A model generated the notes under the pieces. The model was given only the letters and a program-made list of their open reading frames with translations, was not told the origin of the DNA and did not search any database. From positions 1,632,001 through 1,696,000 of the forward strand of contig OZ220741.1 of NCBI GenBank assembly GCA_965116885.1: DNA of 64,000 nucleotides. Reading direction: 5' to 3'. The translations under genes and the position numbers were made by a program. This stretch comes from Candidatus Latescibacterota bacterium. GTDB taxonomy: Bacteria > Latescibacterota > UBA2968. Below are positions 1-9,528 of the stretch, in pieces. How positions within the stretch are numbered: the first letter of the stretch is position 1; the number at the start of each line of letters is the position of its first letter.

Positions 1-542
1 CGCGCGAGGTTGAGCGGTGTTTGTCCGCCGAATTGAACAATGACGCCGTCGGGTTGTTCAATATCGGCAATGCTGAGTACGTCTTCGGCGGTGAGCGGTT
101 CAAAGTAGAGTTTGTCAGATGTGTCGTAGTCGGTGGAGACGGTTTCGGGGTTGGAGTTGACCATGATGGTCTCAAACCCGTCTTCTTTGAGGGCATAGGA
201 GGCGTGGCAACAACAATAGTCGAATTCAATGCCCTGTCCAATGCGATTGGGACCGCCGCCCAGGATCATGATTTTTTGGCGATCGGATCGGATGGCTTCG
301 TTGTCTGTCTCATAGGTCGAATAGTGATACGGTGTATAGGCTTCAAATTCGGCGGCGCATGTATCTACGGTTTTGAATACGGGCGCGACGCCGAGTTCTT
401 TTCGCAGGGCGCGAACAGTCCATTCGTCACTTTGCCACAGGTGTGCCAGTTGGCGGTCAGAGAAGCCGTGGCGTTTGGCTTTGAGCAGGTCTGCGCGAGA
501 TATACGCGATTTTAAGGTATTGAGCGTGTGCTGTTTTGTCAT
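1..542 (-). CDS. carB: Carbamoyl-phosphate synthase large subunit, C-terminal part (runs off window start)
   Basis: Manual translation from ATG at 542 (not in the ORF track): MTKQHTLN...[15 protein letters not shown]...[22 protein letters not shown]...[24 protein letters not shown]...[12 protein letters not shown]...[15 protein letters not shown]; classic CarB second-half motifs. Confidence 0.93.
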   Translation of the reverse strand, partial: MTKQHTLNTLKSRISRADLLKAKRHGFSDRQLAHLWQSDEWTVRALRKELGVAPVFKTVDTCAAEFEAYTPYHYSTYETDNEAIRSDRQKIMILGGGPNRIGQGIEFDYCCCHASYALKEDGFETIMVNSNPETVSTDYDTSDKLYFEPLTAEDVLSIADIEQPDGVIVQFGGQTPLNLA

Positions 543-544
543 GG

Positions 545-1993
545 TTAGTCCATTAGAGCGGCGAGTTCTTTTTCGACTTCGACGAGTTGTCGCATGTTGT
601 CGAGAAAATAGGGATCAATTTTGGTGGCGTCGAATATTTCCTGTACGGATAATCCCGCGTCATAAGCCGTTTTGAGATAGGCCAATCGCTGCGAGTTGGG
701 TTCGCGCAGGCCGCGTTCGAGGGCTTCGCGCGAGAGGGTGTTGGGATGGATGTCTTTGCCGTCGGCACCAAATCCCGCACGCCCGATTTCGAGAGAGCGC
801 AAGCCTTTTTGCAGTGCTTCTTTAAACGTGCGACCTATGGCCATGGTTTCACCTACGGATTTCATTTGTGTGCCCAACAAATCATCGGTTTGGGGAAACT
901 TTTCAAATGTCCAGCGCGGGATTTTGATAACGCAATAGTCGATGGTGGGTTCAAATGAGGCGGGCGTTTCGCGCGTGATGTCGTTTTGAATTTCGTCCAG
1001 GGTGTATCCAATGGCGAGTTTGGCGGCTATTTTGGCTATGGGAAAGCCCGTGGCTTTTGAGGCGAGTGCGGAACTGCGGGATACGCGGGGGTTCATTTCT
1101 ATGACGACGCGTCGGCCCGTGTTGGGATCTACTGCAAACTGAATGTTGGAGCCGCCGGTTTCTACACCAATTTCGCGGATACAGGCGATGGCGTCATCGC
1201 GCATTTCCTGATATTCTTTGTCGGTGAGCGTTTGCGCAGGTGCCACGGTGATGGAGTCGCCCGTGTGTACGCCCATGGGATCGAAGTTTTCTATGGAGCA
1301 GATGATGACGACGTTGTCGTTTTGATCGCGCATGACTTCGAGTTCAAATTCTTTCCAGCCGATGATGGACTCTTCTACGAGGATCTCTGTGGTGGGTGAT
1401 AGGCTGAGTCCGTGTGCCGCAGCGTGTCTGAATTCTTCGATGTTGTACGCGGTGCCAGCGCCTGTGCCGCCCAGGGTATAGGATGGGCGGATGATGGCAG
1501 GGAATCCGATTTCAGCCGTGATGTCGAGTGCTTCTTTGAGGGTGTAGGCAAATCGGCCTTTGGGGAAGTCGAGGCCGATTTTGTCCATGGCTTTTTGAAA
1601 GGCTTCGCGGTTTTCGGCTTTTTCAATGGCGTGTGGTTTTGCGCCGATCATTTCGACATCGAATTTTTCGAGTGTTCCCTGTTCGTGCAGGGCCATGGCG
1701 GTGTTGAGGCCCGTTTGTCCGCCCAGTGTTGGGAGGAGGGCGTCCGGGCGTTCTTTTTCGATGATGGCTGTGCATACTTCGGGTGTGACGGGTTCGACAT
1801 AAGTCTGGTCAGCCATTTCGGGGTCGGTCATGATGGTGGCGGGGTTGCTGTTGACCAGCACGACTTCGTATCCCTCTTCTTTTAGGGCTTTGCAGGCTTG
1901 TGTGCCGGAGTAGTCAAATTCACAGGCTTGTCCGATGACGATGGGACCAGAGCCGATGAGCATTATTTTTTTGAGGTCGGTTCGTTTGGGCAT
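545..1993 (-). CDS. carB: Carbamoyl-phosphate synthase large subunit, N-terminal part (482 aa)
   Basis: [63 protein letters not shown]; stops inside the oligomerisation domain. Confidence 0.96.
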   Translation of the reverse strand: MPKRTDLKKIMLIGSGPIVIGQACEFDYSGTQACKALKEEGYEVVLVNSNPATIMTDPEMADQTYVEPVTPEVCTAIIEKERPDALLPTLGGQTGLNTAMALHEQGTLEKFDVEMIGAKPHAIEKAENREAFQKAMDKIGLDFPKGRFAYTLKEALDITAEIGFPAIIRPSYTLGGTGAGTAYNIEEFRHAAAHGLSLSPTTEILVEESIIGWKEFELEVMRDQNDNVVIICSIENFDPMGVHTGDSITVAPAQTLTDKEYQEMRDDAIACIREIGVETGGSNIQFAVDPNTGRRVVIEMNPRVSRSSALASKATGFPIAKIAAKLAIGYTLDEIQNDITRETPASFEPTIDYCVIKIPRWTFEKFPQTDDLLGTQMKSVGETMAIGRTFKEALQKGLRSLEIGRAGFGADGKDIHPNTLSREALERGLREPNSQRLAYLKTAYDAGLSVQEIFDATKIDPYFLDNMRQLVEVEKELAALMD

Positions 1994-2044
1994 TGAGAGC
2001 TTTCAGTAGTTAGCGGTTGGCAAAAGGAATATATCCTGTGATGT

Positions 2045-2071
2045 GTAGGGGACGGCCCCTGTGCCGTCCCG
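2045..2071 (+). repeat. GTAG-type REP palindrome
   Basis: GTAGGGGACGGCCCCTGTGCCGTCCCG; identical copies at 8983-9009 (reverse) and 43914-43940. Confidence 0.85.
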
Positions 2072-2079
2072 TGCGTTGA

Positions 2080-3648
2080 TCATGTGAGTTGCAAGTCGAA
2101 ACACGCTGTGCTGTTGCGTATGTGGTGAATGGCGGCGGCAAAGTTTTCGATGATGTCACTGGCGATGAGGCTTATATGTCCGGTTTTTTTTGCTGCGATA
2201 TCGGCGGCGAGGCCGTGGAGATAGACGGCTGTGCATGCGGCGTCTGAGGGATTGAGTCCTTGACCGATGAGCGCGGCTATGAGGCCCGTGAGTACATCTC
2301 CTGTGCCGCCGGTGGCCATTCCCGGGTTGCCGGTCGGGTTGATGTGCGTTTTGCCTTCTGGCGTTGCGACGATGGTTGGCGCGCCTTTCAGGACTGTGGT
2401 GGCTTCGACGTGGGAAGCGAATTTCAGGACCAGAGCTATGGGGTCGCGCTGTATTTCGGCGATGCTACATTCGGTCAGGCGCGCAAATTCCCCGATGTGC
2501 GGGGTGAGTACCAGGGGTGTCTCGCAGGCGCGGATCGCATCGAGGTCGCAGGCGAGGGCGTTGAGTGCGTCGGCGTCGATGACTGCGGGACAAACGCAGT
2601 CGCGCACGAGGCGGCGGACGAGTTCGGCGGTTTCTCGATGGGTGCCTAAGCCTGGGCCAATGGCGATGCTGTCGGCTGTGCGACATGCGCGTTGTATATC
2701 GCCCCGGGCGCGCAGGGACAGGCATCTGATTTTTTTGACTTCGGGTAGCGGGTGGGTCATTGCTTCGGTGACTTTGATTTCGAGTATGTCGTTGAGGCTT
2801 TTGGGTACGCCGAGTGTGACGAGGCCCGCGCCTCCTTTGAGTGCCGCGTTTGCCGAGAGTGCCGCCGCGCCTGTGAGTCCCACTGATCCGGCGAGGATAT
2901 ACACTCTGCCGCAATCTCCTTTGTGGGCGTCGGGTTCCCGGTGGGGCAGCAGGCGAGCGCAGCGGCGGTTGTCTATCAGGTAGGTGCTGATGCGCTCGGG
3001 CTCAATTGCCGAGGGGGGGATCCCGATGTCGATGAGGTGCAATTTACCGCATTTGGCGCGTCCGGGGTAAAAGAAGTGTCCAATGCGAGGCAGTGCAAAT
3101 GTGACTGTGCATGTTGCGGTTGCACAGAGTTCTTCGATTTTGCCTGTGTCGGCGTTGAGTCCAGAGGGTATATCTACGGCGACGATGGGGCATTTGACGC
3201 GGGTAAGTGCGTCTATGAGGTCGGCGTATATGCCGCGGGGAGGCCCTTGAATGCCCGTGCCCAATAGGGCGTCAACGGCGATGTCGGCATTGGTGAGCGC
3301 GTTTTGTACTGTTGCGATGCGGTCAACTGACTGCACAATGTCCGGGGGCAGTCGGTCGAGGTTGGTTTTGGCATCGCCTGTTATTTCGCTGGCGGATGTG
3401 GCTGTGAACACCTGGACTTTTGCACCACTTTGGGCAACTTGTCTGGCGATGACAAAGCCGTCGCCGCCGTTGTTGCCTTTGCCACAGAGGATGACGATGT
3501 GCCGGTTTTGGAGTCCGCCCAACAGGTTTTCTACAACTTGGGTTACACCCTGGCCGGCGGCTTCCATAAGTTCAATGCTCGGCACACCACTGTCAATTGC
3601 CCGACGGTCAATGGATGCCATCTGGGAGCCGGTGATAAGCTCAGTCAT
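2080..3648 (-). CDS. nnr: Bifunctional NAD(P)H-hydrate epimerase/dehydratase
   Basis: LMEAAG, CGKGNNGGDG, DALLGTG, VDIPSG (YjeF-N); HKGDCG, IGPGLG, DADALN, LTPHIGE, ATGGTGDVL (YjeF-C). Confidence 0.95.
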   Translation of the reverse strand: MTELITGSQMASIDRRAIDSGVPSIELMEAAGQGVTQVVENLLGGLQNRHIVILCGKGNNGGDGFVIARQVAQSGAKVQVFTATSASEITGDAKTNLDRLPPDIVQSVDRIATVQNALTNADIAVDALLGTGIQGPPRGIYADLIDALTRVKCPIVAVDIPSGLNADTGKIEELCATATCTVTFALPRIGHFFYPGRAKCGKLHLIDIGIPPSAIEPERISTYLIDNRRCARLLPHREPDAHKGDCGRVYILAGSVGLTGAAALSANAALKGGAGLVTLGVPKSLNDILEIKVTEAMTHPLPEVKKIRCLSLRARGDIQRACRTADSIAIGPGLGTHRETAELVRRLVRDCVCPAVIDADALNALACDLDAIRACETPLVLTPHIGEFARLTECSIAEIQRDPIALVLKFASHVEATTVLKGAPTIVATPEGKTHINPTGNPGMATGGTGDVLTGLIAALIGQGLNPSDAACTAVYLHGLAADIAAKKTGHISLIASDIIENFAAAIHHIRNSTACFDLQLT

Positions 3649-3848
3649 AGGGGAGGGTGCGAGGTTAAGTGCGCGGTGTGAGATTCTCTAAGTCATGTTA
3701 CAAGTTTGTGCCTAAAAATACAGGAAGGGCACGGGCAACGCAAACCCTTTTTTGGTGGTTGCAAGCATCGGAGATTATTGGATATGTGGTTGCTAAATAA
3801 AAGAAAAACAAAGTTTAAGTGTGGTGTAGCTGAAGTGATACAAACCGC

Positions 3849-3877
3849 TTGACAGAGATGGGGCGCTTGTCTATACT
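3849..3877 (+). promoter_or_regulatory. Sigma70-type promoter for the tRNA-Ser/gltX unit
   Basis: TTGACA (3849-3854), 17-bp spacer, TATACT (3872-3877), just upstream of the tRNA. Confidence 0.75.
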
Positions 3878-3890
3878 TTTCGGATGATGC

Positions 3891-3978
3891 GGTGGGGTGC
3901 GAGAGCGGTCGAATCGGGCGGTCTTGAAAACCGTTGACCCTCACGGGTCCGTGGGTTCGAATCCCACCCCCACCGCCA
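3891..3978 (+). tRNA. tRNA-Ser(TGA)
   Basis: GGTGGGG/CCCCACC acceptor stem, anticodon arm GCGGT-CTTGAAA-ACCGT, long variable arm, GTTCGAATC T-loop, encoded CCA. Confidence 0.95.
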
Positions 3979-4035
3979 TTATATCTTGCATTTATACACT
4001 TCCTTTGTTACTTTCTGCTGTTCGTTTTTGTTCGC

Positions 4036-4128
<93 letters not shown>

Positions 4129-4149
4129 ATATTCACAGGTCGATTTTCG

Positions 4150-5571
4150 ATGTCGGATACGGTTTTGCGTTTTGCGCCGTCTCCCACTGGTGGATTTCAC
4201 GTGGGGAATGCGCGAACGGCGATTTTTAATCATCTTTACGCGAAGCACTATAAGGCAAAGTTGTTGTTGCGCGTGGAAGATACAGATCGAGAGCGTTTTA
4301 CAGAGTCGTCTCTTCAGACGATTCTGGATGGTTTGAACTGGCTCGGTGTTGATTTTGACGCCGAGCCAGTGTTTCAGTCGCGCAATGCCGAGGCGCATAA
4401 GCAGGCCGCAGCGCGTCTGGTGGAGACGGGTCATGCGTATTACGGCTATGAGACAGCCGAGGAGCTTGATGCGATGCGCCGGCAGGCACAGGTCGAGAAG
4501 CGGCGCGTGCGCTATAATCGGGATTTGACACCGGAACAGCAGGCGGCTTATGAGGCCGAGGGGCGGCCACGGGTTGTGCGGTTTAAGGTGCCTGCGGGTG
4601 AGACGGTCTGGCACGATCGCATTCGGGGTGTGCAGCGGTGGGATAATGCCGAGGTTGAGGATTTTGTTTTGTTGCGGCCCGATGGGTCCCCTGTTTACAA
4701 TCTTGCGGTGGTGGTGGATGATCGCGATATGGGTGTGAATCTGGTGTTGCGGTCTGCGGACCATTTGTCGAATACGCCCAAGCAAATTATGCTGTTTCAG
4801 GCATTGTCGTGGATGGTGCCGGAGTATGGGCATTCGACGCTGATTTTGGGTCCCGATGGCAGCAAGTTGTCCAAGCGCCACGGCGCGACGACGATTTCGG
4901 AGTATCGAGAGCGGGGATTTTTGTCGGATGCGATGTTCAATTATCTCGCGCTGTTGGGATGGGCGCCCGGGGATGAGCGCGAGGTGTTTGCGCGAGATGA
5001 GTTGACCGAGGCGTTTTCTGTTGCGGGGTTGCTCAAGAGAGATGCGGTTTTCGATGAGAAGAAGCTGGTCTGGCTCAATGGCGAGCATATGCGTCTTCGT
5101 CCGGTGGATGCGGTTCTGGATGATGCGATACCGATTTGGGTTGCGGAGGGGTGGCTTACGGAGGCAGAGGCTTCTGCGCGGTGGGATGAGTTGATGAAGG
5201 TTGCGGCGTTGTTGCAGCCGCGGTTGCATACGCTTGAGGATTTGCAGCATACGGGTTATTTTTTTGTGGATCCGGATGTGTATGATGCAAAGACGGCTAA
5301 GAAGAACTGGAAGACGGATACGCCCGAGCGCGTTGCGTTGATGATTGAGCGTTTGGAGGAGCTGGATTCGTTCGGTGAAGGCGATATTGAGGGTGTGACG
5401 CGCACACTGTCTGGTGAACTGGGGATTTCGGCTTCCAGGCTGATTCATCCGACGCGTCTCGCGCTTTGCGGCGTTGGGTTTGGGCCGGGGTTGTTTGAAC
5501 TGATGGCTGTGCTCGGAAGGGAGACGTGTATTCGCCGACTGAAAAAGGCTCTGGAGGTTTTGGGTTCGTGA
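4150..5571 (+). CDS. gltX: Glutamate--tRNA ligase
   Basis: RFAPSPTGGFHVGNARTA (HIGH), LRVEDTD, KLSKRHG (KMSKS), anticodon-binding C-terminus. Confidence 0.96.
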   Translation: MSDTVLRFAPSPTGGFHVGNARTAIFNHLYAKHYKAKLLLRVEDTDRERFTESSLQTILDGLNWLGVDFDAEPVFQSRNAEAHKQAAARLVETGHAYYGYETAEELDAMRRQAQVEKRRVRYNRDLTPEQQAAYEAEGRPRVVRFKVPAGETVWHDRIRGVQRWDNAEVEDFVLLRPDGSPVYNLAVVVDDRDMGVNLVLRSADHLSNTPKQIMLFQALSWMVPEYGHSTLILGPDGSKLSKRHGATTISEYRERGFLSDAMFNYLALLGWAPGDEREVFARDELTEAFSVAGLLKRDAVFDEKKLVWLNGEHMRLRPVDAVLDDAIPIWVAEGWLTEAEASARWDELMKVAALLQPRLHTLEDLQHTGYFFVDPDVYDAKTAKKNWKTDTPERVALMIERLEELDSFGEGDIEGVTRTLSGELGISASRLIHPTRLALCGVGFGPGLFELMAVLGRETCIRRLKKALEVLGS

Positions 5572-5608
5572 TGGGGAGCGTCATCCCGAAATTTTAACTA
5601 TATATTTT

Positions 5609-5682
5609 TGCCCCCTCGTCTAATGGCAAGACATGCGGCTCTGGACCGTAGGATCGGGGTTCGAATCCCTGGGGGGCAACCA
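5609..5682 (+). tRNA. tRNA-Gln(CTG)
   Basis: TGCCCCC/GGGGGCA acceptor stem, anticodon arm TGCGG-CTCTGGA-CCGTA, GTTCGAATC, CCA. Confidence 0.94.
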
Positions 5683-5699
5683 ATTTTTTTAATAATAGA

Positions 5700-5734
5700 A
5701 TGCCCCAGCATCGTTGTGCTGGGGCATATTTTTG
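5700..5734 (+). terminator. Intrinsic terminator after tRNA-Gln
   Basis: ATGCCCCAGCA-tcgttg-TGCTGGGGCAT followed by ATTTTT. Confidence 0.75.
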
Positions 5735-5761
5735 TCGTTCGATTCAAACTATATCAGGTGG

Positions 5762-6382
5762 TTATTCAGCTTCCAGAACTTCCGCATCCAGTTGATACCA
5801 GAACACCTCGCCAGATTCGATGAGACCATGTATCCGGTCATCACGGCGCAGACCGGCAACAGCGGGATAGGACCGATCACCTGTGAACCTGGTCAGAAAC
5901 GCAGCGTTGCGGCGCGCGCGCGTGGTATCTCGACCATTAACGGTGAAGGAGATTTCCACGGCGATATAGCACGTTGTGCCTTTCTGATCAGTAGCCTCTA
6001 TAATCAGGTCGGCACGTCGGAAGCTTCTCAATTCGTTTGTGGGAATGCCCGAAGTGTCAGCGCGGGCAATCAGTGCCCCGAGATCATCCTGGGTGAGGGT
6101 CTTTGTCCACTTGAGGCCCATGTCCCAGACAATGATAGGTGCCTCTCGAATCGCGACTTCTCGAGTGTGGTAATTCAGGCTCCATTTACTCAATAACTGA
6201 TATTCATCCATCCCAAATTTTCTATAAAAACGTAGTGCGTTATCAATTCTAAAAATCAGGTAACGATTCGTACATCTGTGCTGTATGAGTCGTCACTCCT
6301 GCTTCCGCAAGGCATCCGTCCAATCAGGATGATCGTCCAGGATGCGGATGAGGTCTTCTATCGTATGAATTGTGGTGTTCAC
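5762..6382 (-). pseudogene. Probable interrupted hypothetical gene (N-terminal fragment 6293-6382 plus C-terminal ORF 5762-6211)
   Basis: GAGG RBS and GTG at 6382 give VNTTIHTIEDLIRILDDHPDWTDALRKQE*; after an AT-rich gap the ORF continues ...ADLIIEATD...YIAVEISFT...RDTTRARRNA (PD-(D/E)XK-like look); both resemble ends of one protein family. Confidence 0.5.
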
Positions 6383-6542
6383 AGGTTTTCCTCAATGGTC
6401 GTTTTATCCATTGTCCAATCAGCGGGATTGGGGAATAACTTGTCTAAGCCAAATCAATATACGGAAATTGAGTACCTGGGGCAATATAGCGTCTGTAAAT
6501 TTTTTCTGATATTATCTCAATGGATCATGTGGGCGTTGTTGC

Positions 6543-6668
6543 AAAAAAATGAGGGGACGGCAGGGAGGGATACCATTTACCTTGCCGCCCCCGAAGACCG
6601 GACCTGGAGTGAAGGGATATCTCGGCCCGGTCGTTGTGTTCATGGGGATTCGTATTAACGCTGATCGA
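6543..6668 (-). ncRNA. Candidate small RNA with two hairpins ending in an intrinsic terminator
   Basis: Minus-strand stems GACCGGGCC/GGTCCGGTC and GGGGGCGGCAAGG/CCCTGCCGTCCCC followed by T7; both loops carry TATCCCT; no credible ORF. Confidence 0.4.
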
Positions 6669-6859
6669 ACACTTAGACGGGCTGCAAACGCTTTTGGTGT
6701 CAAATTTTGAGGGAAAAAATGGATCCTGGTACAAAAATATGGAGGGGTATAAAAAAGCTGAGTATTTGTGGGATTTTTCACTAAATTATAATACCAGAAA
6801 TTCTCGTGTTATATGTGGCATGAATGATTTCTTTTTCACACTTCTCCTGGAGATTTCCT

Positions 6860-7201
6860 ATGATTTACGACATGCGAACCTACGATCTGAATCCCGGTGC
6901 TTTGCAAGCCTATATGGATGCGGTGCGCGAGGTGGCGCTTCCACTGCGCGAGGATTATGACATCAAACTCGCCGGGTGGTATTATACCGATATTGGGAAG
7001 TTAAATCGCGTGGTTCACATCTGGGCGTATCGCGATTATACCCATTTTGATCAGGCGCGGCAGGCTGTCCGCAGCGATCCCCGATGGGTCAATGAATATT
7101 TGCCTCGCGTCAAAGGGCTGGTCGCGCGCCAGCAAGATCAAATTATGCTGGCGTCTGATTTCTTCGAGGCCCGGGTTCCGGTTCTTTCGGAAGATACGTG
7201 A
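6860..7201 (+). CDS. NIPSNAP family protein
   Basis: MIYDMRTYDLNPG...GWYYTDIGKLNRVVHIWAY...RQAVRSDPRW; GGAG RBS before ATG 6860. Confidence 0.85.
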   Translation: MIYDMRTYDLNPGALQAYMDAVREVALPLREDYDIKLAGWYYTDIGKLNRVVHIWAYRDYTHFDQARQAVRSDPRWVNEYLPRVKGLVARQQDQIMLASDFFEARVPVLSEDT

Positions 7202-7231
7202 TTCCATTTTATTCAGTCGTGAGAAAAAAAG

Positions 7232-7265
7232 AACGGGTAGAGAATATTACCATTCTCTACCCGTT
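7232..7265. terminator. Bidirectional intrinsic terminator between convergent genes
   Basis: AACGGGTAGAGAAT / ATTCTCTACCCGTT perfect 14-bp stem, A-run on the left, T-run on the right. Confidence 0.8.
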
Positions 7266-7301
7266 GCTTTTTGCCTGGGAGATTAATCAGGGTAGGCAAC
7301 G

Positions 7302-8255
7302 TCAGTCATCATCCTCGCTCGGGATGTTCAGGCGGAAGAGCACGGGGTGGTGATCCGAGTAGTATTGTGCAAATAGGCTCCCTTTATACGGGTCGCCGGG
7401 ATAGGTTTCGGAGCCTCGCCAGGTGCCGCGCATCTGGTCGATGAGGTCAATGACTTGAAAATCAAATGCCTCGTCTATCTCGTCTAACCTGGCCGGGCGA
7501 TACATGACGTGGTCATAGGGTTTGCTGCTTTTGGCCGCTGTGTTCGTTTTTCGGCATTCGTCGTTGAGCGAGATAAATCCCCGAGGGGTTACTGCTTTAA
7601 GCTCTGCGGCGTTTTCGATGTTCATGTCCCCTACGATGTAGAAGTCCTGTTCCTGTGCGTCGTGGCGGTCGATCCACTGGGCTATGCTCAAAAGTTCGGC
7701 TTTGCGTTCTTTTTTCTTATTTCCGCCGGGGGATAAATGGACGTTGATGACGACGAAGTCCATTTTGCCGTCTATAGTGCGGAAGCTGTGGGCGTGCGGT
7801 ACGCGGGGATATACGGGATGGGCAGAGCGGTCTTCTGCGAGGAATCCATTGGGCAGGTCATCGGCGATTTTCAGTTTGTCGGGTTTGTAAAAGACTACGG
7901 ACCATTCGGTGCTCGATCCTCTGTTGTGGATGTTTTCGCCTCTTCCCGTGTCTTCACAAGATAGGGAGAATTCAAAGCCCTGTGCGCTCATGGCGTCGAA
8001 GAAGGCATCGGCTTCGGGGTCTTCGCGATAGGATGTGCCATCGCAATATTGACCGTTATCAGGTGGGGATACGAGTTCCTGGACGACGACCATGTCGTAT
8101 TTTCCGACCAATTGGGCGAGTGCTTCGTTATCTTTCTTTTTGTATAGGCCGACGAATTTGATGTTGAAAGAACAGACGGTGATTTGTTCGTCAGAGACTT
8201 TTGGTTGGCAACCAAATAATAACAGCAGAGTGGAGAATAAAAGGTATCTTTTCAT
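7302..8255 (-). CDS. Endonuclease/exonuclease/phosphatase (DNase I-like) lipoprotein
   Basis: Start MKRYLLFSTLLLLFGC (lipobox); SFNIK, VVQE, INVHL, VGDMN, PYDH, YSDHHPV motifs. Confidence 0.85.
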   Translation of the reverse strand: MKRYLLFSTLLLLFGCQPKVSDEQITVCSFNIKFVGLYKKKDNEALAQLVGKYDMVVVQELVSPPDNGQYCDGTSYREDPEADAFFDAMSAQGFEFSLSCEDTGRGENIHNRGSSTEWSVVFYKPDKLKIADDLPNGFLAEDRSAHPVYPRVPHAHSFRTIDGKMDFVVINVHLSPGGNKKKERKAELLSIAQWIDRHDAQEQDFYIVGDMNIENAAELKAVTPRGFISLNDECRKTNTAAKSSKPYDHVMYRPARLDEIDEAFDFQVIDLIDQMRGTWRGSETYPGDPYKGSLFAQYYSDHHPVLFRLNIPSEDDD

Positions 8256-8402
8256 AGCTTTTCCTGTGTTGGGTACAATTCTTATCGCGGCTTTTTTAGA
8301 AATATAAATGTTGAGGGGTAAGAAAAATACTTGAAGTCCGCCTGAAATTTCTCGACCATGAGCGCGAGTAATCGTCTGGTCATTTTGGATAGGAGATGTA
8401 TT

Positions 8403-8960
8403 ATGAGCGATGGACAGATCATTTTTCAAGATATATTTGACGGCGCGCTCGATAGCAGCTGGTCGTGGTTGCGGGAACATCCCGATGATTGGCGGATTCG
8501 GGATGGCGGTCTGGAGATTTGCGTGCGTCCCGGTGTGAAGGATACGGTGCAAAATGCTTTGCTCAGATCTGCGCCAGATCGCGGTGAGGGGGCTTATGCC
8601 GTTGAGGTTACGATTACCAATCACAGCCAGCCGACACAGCAATACGAACAGGCGGGTATTACGTGGTATCACAATGGGGAGCCGGTGTTCAAAGAGGTCA
8701 AGGAACTCATTGACGGCGATCTGTACATTATTCCCGGGAAGCAGCCGATGCCAACGCAGAGTGTTCGTTTGCGTCTTGTTGTTACCGCGAGTACATGGGA
8801 AGCACAGTATCGCGCCGAGGGTGAGTCCGCGTTCCAGACTGCGGCTTCGGGTGAGCTGCCTCCGCCGGGTGATGATCAGGTGAGTATCCAGTGTTATAAT
8901 GGTCCGGAAGAAGGCGATCACTGGATACGTTTTTCGGATTTTTGTATTAAGAGGATTTAG
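8403..8960 (+). CDS. Hypothetical beta-sandwich (ConA-like/DUF1349-like) protein
   Basis: AGGAG RBS; FQDIFDGALDSSWSWLRE, QQYEQAGI; beta-rich pattern. Confidence 0.6.
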   Translation: MSDGQIIFQDIFDGALDSSWSWLREHPDDWRIRDGGLEICVRPGVKDTVQNALLRSAPDRGEGAYAVEVTITNHSQPTQQYEQAGITWYHNGEPVFKEVKELIDGDLYIIPGKQPMPTQSVRLRLVVTASTWEAQYRAEGESAFQTAASGELPPPGDDQVSIQCYNGPEEGDHWIRFSDFCIKRI

Positions 8961-8982
8961 GTAAAACCTTCTGGATCGCAGA

Positions 8983-9045
8983 CGGGACGGCACAGGGGCC
9001 GTCCCCTACGATGATTTTGTAGGGGCGACCCCCTGTGGTCGCCCG
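8983..9045. repeat. Divergent pair of GTAG-type REP palindromes
   Basis: Reverse copy 8983-9009 and variant GTAGGGGCGACCCCCTGTGGTCGCCCG at 9019-9045. Confidence 0.85.
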
Positions 9046-9050
9046 CAATA

Positions 9051-9084
9051 AAAAAGCACCATCTCAAAAGAGGTGGTGCTTTTT
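9051..9084. terminator. Bidirectional terminator downstream of the cold-shock gene
   Basis: AAAAAGCACCATCTC-aaaa-GAGGTGGTGCTTTTT. Confidence 0.75.
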
Positions 9085-9108
9085 GGTTAATTCTGAATTA
9101 ATTTCAGA

Positions 9109-9309
9109 TTATTGCTTGGTGACATTCGCCGCCTGGAGCCCTTTAGGACCCTGGGTAATGTCAAATTCGACCAAGTCACCTTCGGACAAAGACTTAAAGC
9201 CTTCGGCCTGGATCGCTGAGAAATGGACGAAAACATCTTCGCCGCCTTCTTGCTCGATAAAGCCGAATCCTTTGGCGTCGTTAAACCATTTAACTCTTCC
9301 TTCTGCCAA
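9109..9309 (-). CDS. Cold-shock protein (CspA family)
   Basis: [15 protein letters not shown] (RNP1), DVFVHFSAI (RNP2), 66 aa, long 5' leader. Confidence 0.97.
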   Translation of the reverse strand: MAEGRVKWFNDAKGFGFIEQEGGEDVFVHFSAIQAEGFKSLSEGDLVEFDITQGPKGLQAANVTKQ

Positions 9310-9473
9310 CGTACTTCACCACCTTTCTACATCGAAAATTGCACATCAGATCGAAAAAAAGGCAAGAATCAGAAGTTTCGATTCTTGCCATACCGTCTTT
9401 TCAGGCCGATTGTACAGGAAACAAAACAACACATTCGTAATACCTGGGCACAAATACCCATTATACAAAGGCA

Positions 9474-9502
9474 AAGATACCCTTTATCATCTCAGAAGTC
9501 AA
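9474..9502 (-). promoter_or_regulatory. Putative sigma70 promoter for the cold-shock gene
   Basis: TTGACT-N17-TATCTT on the minus strand; a TATAAT also lies at 9460-9465. Confidence 0.5.
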
Positions 9503-9528
9503 CGTTTTTTCAGAAAAAAAGTTCCATC

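Noticed and set aside
21..515. 164-aa plus-strand ORF
   Set aside because: Antisense shadow of the carB C-terminal part.
5683..6850. Prophage or integrative island at tRNA-Gln
   Set aside because: No integrase seen and no duplicated tRNA 3' end noticed in the window.
8256..8993. N-terminal extension of the 563-aa nuclease ORF
   Set aside because: It overlaps the plus-strand gene 8403-8960; the lipoprotein signal at 8255 marks the real start.
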